Virus record (IMG/VR): IMGVR_UViG_3300042397_000787 | Source of the DNA: a virus | Strand: one strand, 5' to 3' | DNA: 64,000 bases | In this document: positions 45,592-55,658 of the stretch, in pieces | How the letters are laid out: each line of letters starts with the position of its first letter | How positions within the stretch are numbered: position 1 is the first letter of the stretch | Notes under the pieces: model-generated | Seen by the model: the letters and a program-made list of their open reading frames with translations, nothing else | Told to the model about the DNA's origin: nothing | The model's database searches: none | Position numbers and translations under genes: made by a program

Positions 45592-45956
45592 CGCTTGTTC
45601 TTTCTCTGTTGTTCAATAAAATCTTTGTTGCCTACCCAGGTGTAGGCCTTATATCGAATCTTATTTTCTGCCATCATGTCTTGCTTCGTGAACACAATAT
45701 GTCCATCGGTAATCATCTTTTCAGCCAGCTTGACTGCCATTTCCTTCTTGAACCTGCCTTCCATTTCGTCCGGCGTACCACGTTGCATGAGCCAGTCTTT
45801 ATCATGTTCAAGGGTGTAATCAACCAAGCTACCTGGCATGCTGTAATCATACTTGATCGGAGCAGCACTGATGGTACCGTTAGAGAAGCTATCGACTGGT
45901 ATTGAAATGCTATCCCAGTCCAATGGTTTAAACGCGCCTGTGTTACCGATTGCCAT
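45588..45956 (-). CDS. Hypothetical protein
   Basis: Coupled to the ligase gene. Confidence 0.6.
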   Translation of the reverse strand: MAIGNTGAFKPLDWDSISIPVDSFSNGTISAAPIKYDYSMPGSLVDYTLEHDKDWLMQRGTPDEMEGRFKKEMAVKLAEKMITDGHIVFTKQDMMAENKIRYKAYTWVGNKDFIEQQRKNKR

Positions 45957-47257
45957 TACTTATCATCTCTCCAACGAACGAACCGTGGGAACCTCAGTGA
46001 ATAGGTGCCGTCTTGGTTCTGGGTTATTACATCGCACAAGATTTCGGCTGTCTTACCAACCACATCGCTCTTCTGATTCCAGAATAGGTCACGCTCGGTG
46101 TCACTAAAGCCACTGCCGACGTTGACTGTGATATCTTTACCGTGGTCATTACCGCTGCACACCAGAGCGCCTAGGCGACCCTTGTTGCGACCAGTGCCCT
46201 CTTCTAGTGCAATAACAGGAAGGTCAACGGTGATAACGGGCTTCCACTTCATCCAGAAGGTGTTGCGCTTACACTCATACGGTGCTTCCATGTCCTTAAT
46301 CATGATGCCTTCAAACCCAGCCGTTACCATCTCTGTTGCATACTCATGGAGCTTGGTGCGGCCTTCTTCGGTATTTAGGTCTACCACAATCTGGCTATCT
46401 ACCCGCGTAACGTTGGGCATAGCATCAAATACGCGCTGCATGTCAGTCAGGATTGCAAGCCGCTTGCGCAACTGGGCATTCCAGAAGCCACGCTTGAAGT
46501 CCTCAAGAGGTAGAATATCAAACACATTGAACACCGTGTCCTGTGTCTGGACGTTCTCCTTGCGCTGGGCCTGACGCATCAGGTCTTGAAAGGACTTGCC
46601 CATAATCTCGCCGTCAAGCACAAAGCCACCCTTTGTTTTAAGGTAAGCACGGATAGCATAGACATTGCTCAGGACCTGTTGTTCCACGTGTGGGAAGTTA
46701 TCGAACACCTTGCCATTGCGGCTGTAGCATGTGGCGGTATTATCTTCTGAAACAACCAACAACACACGGGCGCCATCCAGCTTAGGCTCAAGCCACTTGG
46801 TACCTACCATCTCTGGTCGACCTTCGCTGTTAGCAGCCAACTGGCAACCAAAGGTGGGAATCACATACTCGGTACCCTTGCATACCTTATTGATAGTTCT
46901 TTCACTAAAGCCTGCCCGCATGTCACGGCGCAAGATAGGAGCAAGGAACAGGTTCCACTCATCACTATCAAACTTTAGGGACATACCAAGAATGGCATCA
47001 CGGGCTGCGTGGCCAGTCAACTGTCGAGCGGACAGGCTGGTGAGTAGTTCATCAAACTCCTCATACGGATTAGGTGCGCCAGTGATACCCTCGGTAGCTG
47101 GAATCTGCTTGACACCAAAGGTAATGTATGGGTTGTAGCAGTTACGAATACCATTCAGGAACACATGGTCACCTGCGTCCAGCGCCCGCTTAAGGACATC
47201 TTCCTTATGCAGGCGACTATCGGACTCGGTAAGCTGTTTAATCCACTTATGCTTCAT
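45956..47257 (-). CDS. gp30: ATP-dependent DNA ligase
   Basis: EPKLDGAR, SRNGK, VLDGEI, FDIL, EGIMIK, WMKWKP, VGSGFSD, SLRFPRF. Confidence 0.96.
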   Translation of the reverse strand: MKHKWIKQLTESDSRLHKEDVLKRALDAGDHVFLNGIRNCYNPYITFGVKQIPATEGITGAPNPYEEFDELLTSLSARQLTGHAARDAILGMSLKFDSDEWNLFLAPILRRDMRAGFSERTINKVCKGTEYVIPTFGCQLAANSEGRPEMVGTKWLEPKLDGARVLLVVSEDNTATCYSRNGKVFDNFPHVEQQVLSNVYAIRAYLKTKGGFVLDGEIMGKSFQDLMRQAQRKENVQTQDTVFNVFDILPLEDFKRGFWNAQLRKRLAILTDMQRVFDAMPNVTRVDSQIVVDLNTEEGRTKLHEYATEMVTAGFEGIMIKDMEAPYECKRNTFWMKWKPVITVDLPVIALEEGTGRNKGRLGALVCSGNDHGKDITVNVGSGFSDTERDLFWNQKSDVVGKTAEILCDVITQNQDGTYSLRFPRFVRWRDDK

Positions 47258-47504
47258 TAGGAAATACCAATCCAAATTGTTCAATCATCACATCACGGAC
47301 ACCCTCACGGTCAACCGAATCCAGTGCAAGGTTCTCATAGCCAACGCGGTTGGCGTAAATGTCGAAGGCGTCAAGGATTTGACGCGAGGTCGCACCCATA
47401 TCATACACACCACCTTCGGCGTAAAAGTCACCGACATAGACTAGGAAGTTACAAATCTCACGCACAACGCCTTGAATATTCATACCAACAGGTTCGACTC
47501 GCAT
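47247..47504 (-). CDS. Hypothetical early protein
   Basis: AAGGAG RBS; DSVDRE.VRD motif. Confidence 0.65.
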   Translation of the reverse strand: MRVEPVGMNIQGVVREICNFLVYVGDFYAEGGVYDMGATSRQILDAFDIYANRVGYENLALDSVDREGVRDVMIEQFGLVFPNEA

Positions 47505-47561
47505 AACAATCTCCTTTTTCACTCTATATTCTCATAATAGCAGATTCGCTAGGAATGTCAA
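47505..47561 (-). promoter_or_regulatory. Early promoter cassette
   Basis: TTGACA-TTCCTAGC-GAATC-TGC-TATTAT. Confidence 0.8.
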
Positions 47562-47570
47562 GCATTATTT

Positions 47571-47849
47571 TTAGTCGGTAGGATAAGGCAGGCGATGAGG
47601 CTGATTGACAAAATCGCGGGCAAAATCAAGGGCGCTTTCTGGCATATAGAATGACCGAGTATCTACCCACTCATCTTTCTCCCAATAGCGGACCAGATAT
47701 GCGGTGCGCCAAGGAGCAGTGGTCGTTTTATTCTCCACTTCCTCTGACCACACGATTGCTGTGCGGTCTACTACGGACCACTCATCAATGAAATCACCCC
47801 AATCACCGAGGCTCTGAATATATTCCAATGTTTCTTTAATGGTATACAT
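47571..47849 (-). CDS. Hypothetical early protein
   Basis: Follows a promoter cassette. Confidence 0.65.
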   Translation of the reverse strand: MYTIKETLEYIQSLGDWGDFIDEWSVVDRTAIVWSEEVENKTTTAPWRTAYLVRYWEKDEWVDTRSFYMPESALDFARDFVNQPHRLPYPTD

Positions 47850-47900
47850 AACTTCTCACTTTCTATAATCACTTATAGACGATTCGCAGGCAAATGTCAA
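47850..47900 (-). promoter_or_regulatory. Early promoter cassette
   Basis: TTGACA-TTTGCCTGC-GAATC-GTC-TATAAG. Confidence 0.8.
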
Positions 47901-48937
47901 GAAAATAAATGGTCCAATGTGACAGGTACAGCCTTCTCTGGCTTTTTTGAAAATACCATAATGCTCTCATCGGTATTGATATCTACCTTCGCACTGGGTC
48001 TGGTTATATTCTTTAGCGTAATGGACTCCACATAATAGAAGCCGAGACTTTCTGCAATGGCTCTAGTATCAGCGCATAACTTATAATTCAGGAAGTCCTT
48101 GATGTTGATTAGCATCTTGCCATCATCAATCAGATATTTTTTGATGTTTTCCAGAGTGGGTCTTAGATATGTATCTAGCCATTCCTGATATGTAGTACCA
48201 GGCTTAAATGACTGGTCACCAATTTTATAATCTTCTAGACTGAAATACGGCGGACTGCTAAATGCTACACCGATGGTGTTCTCCCACTCTGGAACAAATG
48301 TTTGAGAACCATGACACCGAATGTCATACTTTGCAGAGGTGCCATTCACTGTATTGTAGTCAGTGGCCATTTGGTTGAGGCGTTCTACTAGCAGATTGTT
48401 GGGGTCAGTGCCGTAATATTCCACTCGGTTTCTTAGGGACGAAAGCATCCTAACGCCCCAACCACACGAGAAGTCATAGTATTTACCATTGATATTATAC
48501 CTGAATAGGATATCGTCAACCGACTTAATTGGATAATTAGACGGCTTCATTGCAACACCACCGCCACTAAGCCGTAATGCGGCCTCAAAGTTCTCTATAT
48601 CAGAGTTGGTCTTTGGATATACCTTGTCACTAGAAAGCACCCTACTCCAGAAGTATCGAATCAAATCCATAGATTCGAATACTTCTTCTATTGACCAACG
48701 TGGAGACTCCAGCTTCACCTTGGCCATAAGGTCTTTTACATAGTAACTAGTAATGGTGCTTATGATAGTGCTACCATCATATACTGCTTTTAGGTTTTTG
48801 TTAACCAGTTCAAAATCAGGCTTTTCGTAATATGCGGCCTTCAATTCTAAGCACTTATCTTCTGGCAAATCATACCAGTGGTCGGTATTAAGTGTCTTGC
48901 CTAAATGGGTAATTTGGTATTTTTTACTTTTTCCCAT
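47897..48937 (-). CDS. DNA amino-methyltransferase (SPPY type)
   Basis: DFSCGWGVR, YYGTDPN, FSSPPYF..E.Y. Confidence 0.85.
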   Translation of the reverse strand: MGKSKKYQITHLGKTLNTDHWYDLPEDKCLELKAAYYEKPDFELVNKNLKAVYDGSTIISTITSYYVKDLMAKVKLESPRWSIEEVFESMDLIRYFWSRVLSSDKVYPKTNSDIENFEAALRLSGGGVAMKPSNYPIKSVDDILFRYNINGKYYDFSCGWGVRMLSSLRNRVEYYGTDPNNLLVERLNQMATDYNTVNGTSAKYDIRCHGSQTFVPEWENTIGVAFSSPPYFSLEDYKIGDQSFKPGTTYQEWLDTYLRPTLENIKKYLIDDGKMLINIKDFLNYKLCADTRAIAESLGFYYVESITLKNITRPSAKVDINTDESIMVFSKKPEKAVPVTLDHLFS

Positions 48938-48952
48938 ACTAATGTCAATCCT

Positions 48953-49309
48953 TTAGGCAGCCTTCTGGTACGGTTTGTTCCACTGTCCAGCATTCACGTT
49001 AACGTACCAACCGACACAAAAGTAGTCGATTTGGGCGTTGCTGGTGTCGTGATTGCCATCATTCATGGCAGTCTTGATTTCTTCGAGGAAAGCCAGTTCC
49101 TTACCTTGATAGCTATCAGCCAACCAATACAGATTGACCTGGCTGTAGCCACGGTCATTGTTGGCAAGGTCTAGAGGACCTGACTTGAGGTTGAGAACAA
49201 GGGTGCTGTAGTTGCGAACCGCAAGACTACCCTTCATATTATATTTCTTGAGGACTGCTTTTACCTTAGGGGCAAGACGAGCCTTCTCACTTTGGTTCAT
49301 ATAAGCCAT
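48953..49309 (-). CDS. Conserved phage early protein
   Basis: MAYMNQ..., DYF.VGWY...G.WNKPY. Confidence 0.7.
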   Translation of the reverse strand: MAYMNQSEKARLAPKVKAVLKKYNMKGSLAVRNYSTLVLNLKSGPLDLANNDRGYSQVNLYWLADSYQGKELAFLEEIKTAMNDGNHDTSNAQIDYFCVGWYVNVNAGQWNKPYQKAA

Positions 49310-49371
49310 AACGAATCATTCCTTTCTCACTGACTACTTATTAAATATAGCAGATTCGTGAGGAAAGTCAA
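49310..49371 (-). promoter_or_regulatory. Early promoter cassette
   Basis: TTGACT-TTCCTCAC-GAATC-TGC-TATATT...GAATGATTCGTT-ATG. Confidence 0.85.
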
Positions 49372-49374
49372 GCA

Positions 49375-50052
49375 TTATTTTTTGTAGGCAGCATCTTCCT
49401 TCTTGCCGATAGGATTACGGACTTCGGCAGATGCTATCTTACGGATGTGCTTGTGAACCTGAGTGAGGCCATGCTCGTCGGTGTGGTCATTGTCCACAAT
49501 GTGCATATGTTCTGCGCCGAAATGCTTCTGGAAGTGGCCGATGTTGCCCTGCACTTGCTTGTGCATTCTCTCGACTTCATGGTGCGGCAGACTACGTTCG
49601 CGCTGGTCGTTGCGCTTCTTGGCTGTCTCTAGTGAGGTGTTTACGAATACCATGTGAGTATCGTAGCCTGCTTTACGTAGGCGTTCGGAGTGCTTTCTAA
49701 TCTTCTCCGGGTCTTTACCTGTGCCATCAATCACTAGACCAAGGCGACCTTTAACGTAATGGTGTTCACGCTTATGGGTTAGTTCCTTAGCATGGTCACG
49801 AATCTCTTGACCCTTCTTGGAGTAGACATTTTCAGGAGTGGCTTTCAGGCCATGCTTCTTCATACCCTTCTCGAATAGGTCATCCGAGTTGACTTGCTTG
49901 AAGCCAAGACCATGTGTGGTCTTCTTAGATACATAAGACTTACCTGAGCCGGGACCACCTGCTAGGAAGATAGCCTTACGTCTAGCTGGGTCATGGATAC
50001 CCTCATCTAGGACTTCTTCTACGAGGTTGATAAAATCGGCAAATGATAGCAT
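49375..50052 (-). CDS. Zeta-toxin-like P-loop kinase with capsid-targeting-like leader
   Basis: MLSFADF...LDEG; AGGPGSGKS, NSDD, VIDGTG, FVNTSLE.A..RN..R.R; TATAAATA at 50073-50080. Confidence 0.75.
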   Translation of the reverse strand: MLSFADFINLVEEVLDEGIHDPARRKAIFLAGGPGSGKSYVSKKTTHGLGFKQVNSDDLFEKGMKKHGLKATPENVYSKKGQEIRDHAKELTHKREHHYVKGRLGLVIDGTGKDPEKIRKHSERLRKAGYDTHMVFVNTSLETAKKRNDQRERSLPHHEVERMHKQVQGNIGHFQKHFGAEHMHIVDNDHTDEHGLTQVHKHIRKIASAEVRNPIGKKEDAAYKK

Positions 50053-50082
50053 AATAGACTCCTTATTGCGTCTATTTATATC

Positions 50083-50649
50083 TTACTTACCCTTTACCAT
50101 ATCGTAAATGTCAGCCCAGGTCTTGGCCCGGAAGCTGTCCAGAACACCCATGTTGTGTTCGTGATCGATTAGAATACCACGCAGACCAACCTTTAGACCG
50201 GCTTCAACGTTTTCTGGCTTGTCTTCAATCCAGAACAGTCCGCTGTCCTTATATGGTGCAAGGGCATCATCCTTGTCGGCACCACAGTCAAGGCAAATTA
50301 CACTCTCAATGGCATCACCAAAGAACTGCTTAAGGTTTGCTTCACGTGCCTTGACAGCCCATGGGTCCTTGCTCAGGCTGGTGATGACACGGAACTGATA
50401 TCCCTGCTCCTCATACATACGCCGAACATAGTAGACGGCATCACGGAAGGGCTTTAGGAAGCCGATGGCTGCGCTCTCGTTGAATTGCCGCACTAGTTCC
50501 TTGCTCTTCTTCTTGTCGATACCGTACCGTTCGTTGATATGGTAGACATCGGTGCGAATTTCTTTGTAGCCTTTGAGTGCCATCCACTCGGTAAACGTGG
50601 TACTCCAGTCTAATAGAACACCGTCACAATCTGTAAGAATCAATTTCAT
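50083..50649 (-). CDS. HAD-family 5'-deoxyribonucleotidase-like protein (T4 30.2-like)
   Basis: DCDGVLLDW, ITS, WIEDKPEN. Confidence 0.8.
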   Translation of the reverse strand: MKLILTDCDGVLLDWSTTFTEWMALKGYKEIRTDVYHINERYGIDKKKSKELVRQFNESAAIGFLKPFRDAVYYVRRMYEEQGYQFRVITSLSKDPWAVKAREANLKQFFGDAIESVICLDCGADKDDALAPYKDSGLFWIEDKPENVEAGLKVGLRGILIDHEHNMGVLDSFRAKTWADIYDMVKGK

Positions 50650-50663
50650 TTTTTTATTTTCTC

Positions 50664-51137
50664 TCAATTAGGTATCTTCTGCGTTGCACACCACTTGTGG
50701 TTCAACCCCACTTCGCGACCGTATGCTTCAATCTCCCAAGGAGCATCGAAATATGCATCTTCCTTACCCTTAGGCTTCCATATCTGGCCCATCCACTTGC
50801 TGTAGATTTTGAGACCACCACGAGCAGCCACCGCATGACCAGTCTGAAGTTCGTTCTTGGCATGTTGCTTGACATGGACCATTTCGTGACCGAGAACCTT
50901 GATCATCTCATCGATGTCTTGGTTCTTGAGACCAATGGTGAACCACCGTGGGTTCTTGGTGCCGTCCTCGTCAACGCACTCGCCCTCTAGGTCAAAGTTT
51001 TTCCAAACTTCGATATCAAGGGTGAGATTGCGGACCATGCGTGGGTCCATTAGTTGAGCGGCGAAGAATTCTGCTGCCTCGATCAACTTCTGCTTATCAG
51101 CGCGACGACCAATCAAACCTGTAACTGAAATATCCAT
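50664..51137 (-). CDS. Zincin-like metallopeptidase
   Basis: HEMVHVKQ, PWEIEAY; early promoter at 51165-51191. Confidence 0.7.
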   Translation of the reverse strand: MDISVTGLIGRRADKQKLIEAAEFFAAQLMDPRMVRNLTLDIEVWKNFDLEGECVDEDGTKNPRWFTIGLKNQDIDEMIKVLGHEMVHVKQHAKNELQTGHAVAARGGLKIYSKWMGQIWKPKGKEDAYFDAPWEIEAYGREVGLNHKWCATQKIPN

Positions 51138-51159
51138 AATAACCTCTTTCGCTTATAGA

Positions 51160-51191
51160 CTCACTATAAGCGATTCGTGACCAAATGTCAA
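51160..51191 (-). promoter_or_regulatory. Early promoter cassette
   Basis: TTGACA-TTTGGTCAC-GAATC-GCT-TATAGT. Confidence 0.75.
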
Positions 51192-51356
51192 GCGTTTTCT
51201 TCAAGCCATTCTATCTGGTGATTAGCTACCGTAATGGAAACTATGTTGCCGCCATCGTCCTCAAGGGTCAGGTCCACCCCAGTGGAGTTTTCTCTTGTCT
51301 TGGCCTCGTGGACGAAATAAATCTTACCAGCATGTTCCCAGCTGTCGTTGTCTATT

Positions 51357-52718
51357 CTACAGTGCATAGTGATGCTCCAAATACGCTCTTAGTTGTTCCA
51401 TACTGACTTTGGTATCTACCATAAAGTCTTCTTTATTTAGGTATACAAATGTAAACGCCTTTTCAAGATAAGTCTTACCATTTTCTATATCATATCTTTC
51501 TTGCTTGTTCCAAAGGACAATAAAATGCTTTCCATTATTAGGAACTACAAAACTATGATCGCCAAATTGTTCTTGCATCATCTGTTTAAGTTCGCCCGTG
51601 TATAACGGGTGGTCGTCATTTCTACCACCATAATAAAAACGGTCGCCTTCAACTAATAAAGCGTCTGCTACTGGTCTTGGTGCTGGCCAGAGGTCAGAGT
51701 GAACCATATCACCGTCGATCTTGTATAGGTCATCTACCAATTTACCTATATATCCTGGTTGGTATACGGAATCTGGTGTTATTCTATTTACCAGCAAAGG
51801 TACACCAGTATCGACAGAGCCGTAATGGGACATGAAATCTATTGGATATTCTTTGGTCATATCGTATATCTCTGGCCCAGCTGGAAACCCAGACATATTG
51901 ATTGTAATTCTATGACTAGGACGCCGATCGGCCTCAGGAAAACCGAGTTTCAGTGCGTCTAGCACAAAACTATTAGAGCATATCAGAGTGTCTACTTTTC
52001 TATCGGTCAAACATTCTTCGACAAATTCTTTTGGGCGCCATATTTTCTTTTGGTGATGAGGAACCCAAGCAACGCTTCCAGAATAATGAACGTCACACAC
52101 CATTAGAGTTGGAAGAAGATATGATAACATAGCAGAAGCATGGTGCATATTTACCGTCTGTTGCACCACGTTCCGCTTAGTATAACCAAAAGCAGATATA
52201 TTTCTTTGCGAAATCTTATACACCTCATCGTGGGTAAAGAAGTATGGCTTAGATACGCCTGTGGTACCACTAGTTGAAGCGAATATCAGAGCATCACTAG
52301 GAGAAACGGGTATATCTACATCTGTGTCGTTTGTTATCTCATCGATTTCATCTTCGTAACAAACCTGCTTGCTATATCGCTCAAACATTTCAGTCTGTAG
52401 GTCATTTTCATCCAACATTCTCTGAGAGATAGTTATATCAACAGGACCAAATATTGCCATCTTTGTAACATGAAGTGTTTCTTTGGCAATTGGCTTGGCA
52501 ATGATGAAAATTTTCAATCCTAATTCTGCGGCTGCAAATAGACAGGCAATATGATTTAAGTTTACATCAAAAATACCAAGGGCCATTACATCACCGCTGC
52601 GAAGTTCCTTGTATATCAGAAGTCTCTTCCAACGGTTGATGAGGCGAAATAGATCATCTCTATTCGCCCCATCGTAGTTTATGTCAGGATTGATTATATG
52701 CCTGTTAATCACGGGCAT
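51357..52718 (-). CDS. Divergent AMP-binding (ANL superfamily) enzyme
   Basis: STSGTTGVSK, MSG, HYGSVDTG, D...GR. Confidence 0.7.
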   Translation of the reverse strand: MPVINRHIINPDINYDGANRDDLFRLINRWKRLLIYKELRSGDVMALGIFDVNLNHIACLFAAAELGLKIFIIAKPIAKETLHVTKMAIFGPVDITISQRMLDENDLQTEMFERYSKQVCYEDEIDEITNDTDVDIPVSPSDALIFASTSGTTGVSKPYFFTHDEVYKISQRNISAFGYTKRNVVQQTVNMHHASAMLSYLLPTLMVCDVHYSGSVAWVPHHQKKIWRPKEFVEECLTDRKVDTLICSNSFVLDALKLGFPEADRRPSHRITINMSGFPAGPEIYDMTKEYPIDFMSHYGSVDTGVPLLVNRITPDSVYQPGYIGKLVDDLYKIDGDMVHSDLWPAPRPVADALLVEGDRFYYGGRNDDHPLYTGELKQMMQEQFGDHSFVVPNNGKHFIVLWNKQERYDIENGKTYLEKAFTFVYLNKEDFMVDTKVSMEQLRAYLEHHYAL

Positions 52719-52893
52719 AGAGCGCGGCCCTAATATCCTTGTATGCTTGGTCTAGAATGGCCTTGATACGAGCCTTCTCTGATGGCATGGCACCCTTAGC
52801 CTCAACGTAAATGTTACAATTGAGAGTGCTTTCACCAGCTTCTGTTTCCATATCGCTGGTCATGTCGTTGTAAAAGAGTTGTGTATTAATCAT
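52705..52893 (-). CDS. Hypothetical protein
   Basis: Coupled ORF. Confidence 0.5.
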   Translation of the reverse strand: MINTQLFYNDMTSDMETEAGESTLNCNIYVEAKGAMPSEKARIKAILDQAYKDIRAALYARD

Positions 52894-53110
52894 TTTTATT
52901 CATTGCCTCCATAATTATATTTACGCGGTGCATCGCTTCTAGAATGCGAGTTATTGTAATTAGTAGCACACAACCTATCCACCATCCAAAAAACATGGCC
53001 TCTCCGATATGTGTTCCGCTAACGAAAAATTTAGTGGCTGCAATAAATGCGGCCAAGACAAAGCCCTTGAAACAATTATCAATAAACCAATTAGCTAAGG
53101 TTATGTTCAC
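52886..53110 (-). CDS. Small two-TM membrane protein
   Basis: Two hydrophobic segments. Confidence 0.55.
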   Translation of the reverse strand: MNITLANWFIDNCFKGFVLAAFIAATKFFVSGTHIGEAMFFGWWIGCVLLITITRILEAMHRVNIIMEAMNKND

Positions 53111-53291
53111 TCTTTAGTCTTTCAATTTCGGTTTTGATTTTTAGTTTGCGGCGCTTAATGGTATTTACCAGCCAGTCTTGAGGCTTCGGGCGCTGCATTA
53201 GAATTTCAAGACCTTCGTCTTGTTCTCGGTGTTTTTGTTCCAAGGCTCTGATATGGTTCAATACACTTTGTTTATCCATAATATACTCCAT
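53091..53291 (-). CDS. DUF465/YdcH-like small protein
   Basis: L..KH...D......KRRKLKIK.EI. Confidence 0.6.
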   Translation of the reverse strand: MEYIMDKQSVLNHIRALEQKHREQDEGLEILMQRPKPQDWLVNTIKRRKLKIKTEIERLKSEHNLS

Positions 53292-53590
53292 TACAAATGT
53301 TTACGGATCATCTCCAAGGTAGAAGCGGCGTCTTGCTGCTTTTCTACATCCCGTAAAAACTTACCTATTATATGCCGCCAGTCACCCTTATCCATGACAG
53401 TGGTTAGAATATTCTTAGACAAGACTTGAAGGAGTGAGCCGAGGGCTATAAGGTCTTCCTCGTCGTCACAATACATGACAATTTCTTTGATATAATCATC
53501 AACGTCTTCTAGTAGAGAAACGCGCTTTTCTTGACGCTCTCTTGAGGTAAGCCTGCGCTGAGGATCATATGGATGTTCAATCATATTCAT
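53291..53590 (-). CDS. Hypothetical protein
   Basis: ORF in operon. Confidence 0.55.
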   Translation of the reverse strand: MNMIEHPYDPQRRLTSRERQEKRVSLLEDVDDYIKEIVMYCDDEEDLIALGSLLQVLSKNILTTVMDKGDWRHIIGKFLRDVEKQQDAASTLEMIRKHL

Positions 53591-53592
53591 AT

Positions 53593-54321
53593 TTATTCAA
53601 AATATTCCTTGAACCAATTGGCCACATGAACGTGGGCTTCTTCGCTTGGATGGTCGTCCCATGGGCAGAGTAGATTCTTACCCATAGACTCAAATGTCTT
53701 GCTCTTGTCAAACAGGAAAATATTTTCATCGGTTTCCAGATAATCAATGTATTCATCCATAGTCTTACGAGAGGCAATGCGTCGAGTTTGCAGGCCGCGC
53801 TTCAATGCGGTGTCAATACATGCATCACGGAACCACATCTGCACACAGGTAATATCCATAGAGTCGCATAGATTTTTAATTGTGGCAACATGGTACAATG
53901 TCTTCAACATGTCGGAATGATACGAAGACAACTGTTCGTAGTATGTGGCCAGAGCCTTCTTTGTGGCTTTGGGTATATTATCAAAGTCAACCGATGAGCC
54001 GCGTAGTTGTAGGGCATCCACATCAAAAGGATATGGTTCATCCCTGTAGTCGGTGAATTCAAAACGAGATGGGTCCGACCACACGATAATAACACGCTCT
54101 GGTTTGTGTTGTAGAATATCTATGAAGGCACGGCGGGCAATCCGAGAGTTAGAAGAGCCTGGCGTTGCCATGTTCATTTCTTCCATATCCCAGGCATCAG
54201 CCAGTAGTTTAGAGAAACGCTTGGCTTCACACTTGGCATAGACTTCTTTCATGTTACCAGGTGCATAACGCTCAATACCGATACCATATGCAAAACTACA
54301 ACCGTTTACGTATAACTTCAT
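53593..54321 (-). CDS. SGNH-like protein
   Basis: VNGCSFAYG, NMATPGSSN, WS..SR.E, DHPSEEAH. Confidence 0.6.
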   Translation of the reverse strand: MKLYVNGCSFAYGIGIERYAPGNMKEVYAKCEAKRFSKLLADAWDMEEMNMATPGSSNSRIARRAFIDILQHKPERVIIVWSDPSRFEFTDYRDEPYPFDVDALQLRGSSVDFDNIPKATKKALATYYEQLSSYHSDMLKTLYHVATIKNLCDSMDITCVQMWFRDACIDTALKRGLQTRRIASRKTMDEYIDYLETDENIFLFDKSKTFESMGKNLLCPWDDHPSEEAHVHVANWFKEYFE

Positions 54322-54509
54322 GTTCTTCTCCAGAAGGGGACATATGTTTCGCCCACCCATTTTGATTTTGGACACTTAGTATATAGTAGTTTCACTTTAG
54401 CTGGCATATGACACCCACATATACCACAGGTTTTACCGTTTAAGTGGACACATTCTAAACAAATATTCCAACGTCTCTCTTGTTCTTCTTCACTTGCTAT
54501 CATAATCAA
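54318..54509 (-). CDS. Cys-rich small protein (DUF6171-like)
   Basis: R..IC..C......C..CGC...K......CP..KW. Confidence 0.6.
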   Translation of the reverse strand: MIMIASEEEQERRWNICLECVHLNGKTCGICGCHMPAKVKLLYTKCPKSKWVGETYVPFWRRT

Positions 54510-54765
54510 TTGCGTTTACAAATGAAAATTTCTGTCCTTCGGTCCAGTCTTTTAGATACTCATTGTCTTCGTCAAACTGGCGAAGATACTCCACATCATC
54601 AATCTCACGAGCGGTGGTAATCACTTCATCAACATGGTGTTGAGAAAACTCCGCAAGTTCTCCCACATTCATGGTAACTTCATCCTTGGCATCGGCCGGG
54701 CTATTTGCTTCGATGACATACCGCATACGGAACATGGAGATTGTTTCTACAAGATACTTAGCCAT
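54490..54765 (-). CDS. Conserved phage hypothetical protein
   Basis: YLVETIS.FRMRYV.EA, EFSQ.H, FDEDN.YL..W. Confidence 0.65.
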   Translation of the reverse strand: MAKYLVETISMFRMRYVIEANSPADAKDEVTMNVGELAEFSQHHVDEVITTAREIDDVEYLRQFDEDNEYLKDWTEGQKFSFVNAIDYDSK

Positions 54766-55480
54766 TTAAAAATCCTTTCTTAAAGTCAACTTCTAGCATA
54801 CTTCTATAGTCTCCGTCAAGACATTTTAAAACATAATCACAAAAAATCTTGTGATTGTCTTCTGATATATGATTAGGTCTAGCATCAAAAATTCTATTTC
54901 TAGAGTATTCACCCTCTGTTGCAAATTCTTGATGGCTAATCTGTCTCATATAGCCGTCTAAGTGAAAATCATATGACAGAGTAAAATCGGAATAACGGGC
55001 CTCATCAAAGGCATTAATCAACAGTTTTTTGTTGCTTAATCCGTTAAGGGCTTCTCGTATCAAATTTACTTGCGCCCGATGTAACTCAGGATTATAGAAA
55101 TGAAACCAAGTTTCATAAAAACTTTTATGCTCATTATAATGTTGTTTCAATGATGGTGGAAACTTAACATTCTCAAATGAGAAGCCTTGCGTCGAAAACA
55201 GTTGTAATATGGCCGAAGATTCTGCATCAAAATCTGGATGTACCAAAGGAGAGCGTCCACTAGAAGTCACGACAAAAATAATAATATCGTCAGGAGAATA
55301 TGACTTATTCAGGTATTCATAATATTTTACGGTAGCATAGTTTAATGAACTGCCTCGGCGGGCATAGTTGTTAATACCTAACCCTAACGTCTTAGCAGTC
55401 TCTTTCCACCAAATATATTTACCATCTGTATCCGTATATTCGGCACAAAAACTATCACCGAACAATACTAAGTTAGCCAT
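54758..55480 (-). CDS. SGNH-like protein
   Basis: FGDSF, NYARRGSS, DARPNHISEDNH. Confidence 0.6.
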   Translation of the reverse strand: MANLVLFGDSFCAEYTDTDGKYIWWKETAKTLGLGINNYARRGSSLNYATVKYYEYLNKSYSPDDIIIFVVTSSGRSPLVHPDFDAESSAILQLFSTQGFSFENVKFPPSLKQHYNEHKSFYETWFHFYNPELHRAQVNLIREALNGLSNKKLLINAFDEARYSDFTLSYDFHLDGYMRQISHQEFATEGEYSRNRIFDARPNHISEDNHKIFCDYVLKCLDGDYRSMLEVDFKKGFLNG

Positions 55481-55658
55481 CGATGCGCCCAAGACGATGC
55501 AGCAAGTTTGAGATAACCGCTACATCTGGATGAGGTTCTCGTTCGCTATATCCCTCTACTCTCATAATGTCGAGTAGATACGAATGCAATGCCCGCTTGA
55601 TGACGGGAATATCGGTGGGGGCAAACGCGCCGCCCTTAGCTTCTTTTACCATTGTCAA
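55473..55658 (-). CDS. Hypothetical protein
   Basis: Coupled ORF. Confidence 0.5.
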   Translation of the reverse strand: MTMVKEAKGGAFAPTDIPVIKRALHSYLLDIMRVEGYSEREPHPDVAVISNLLHRLGRIDG

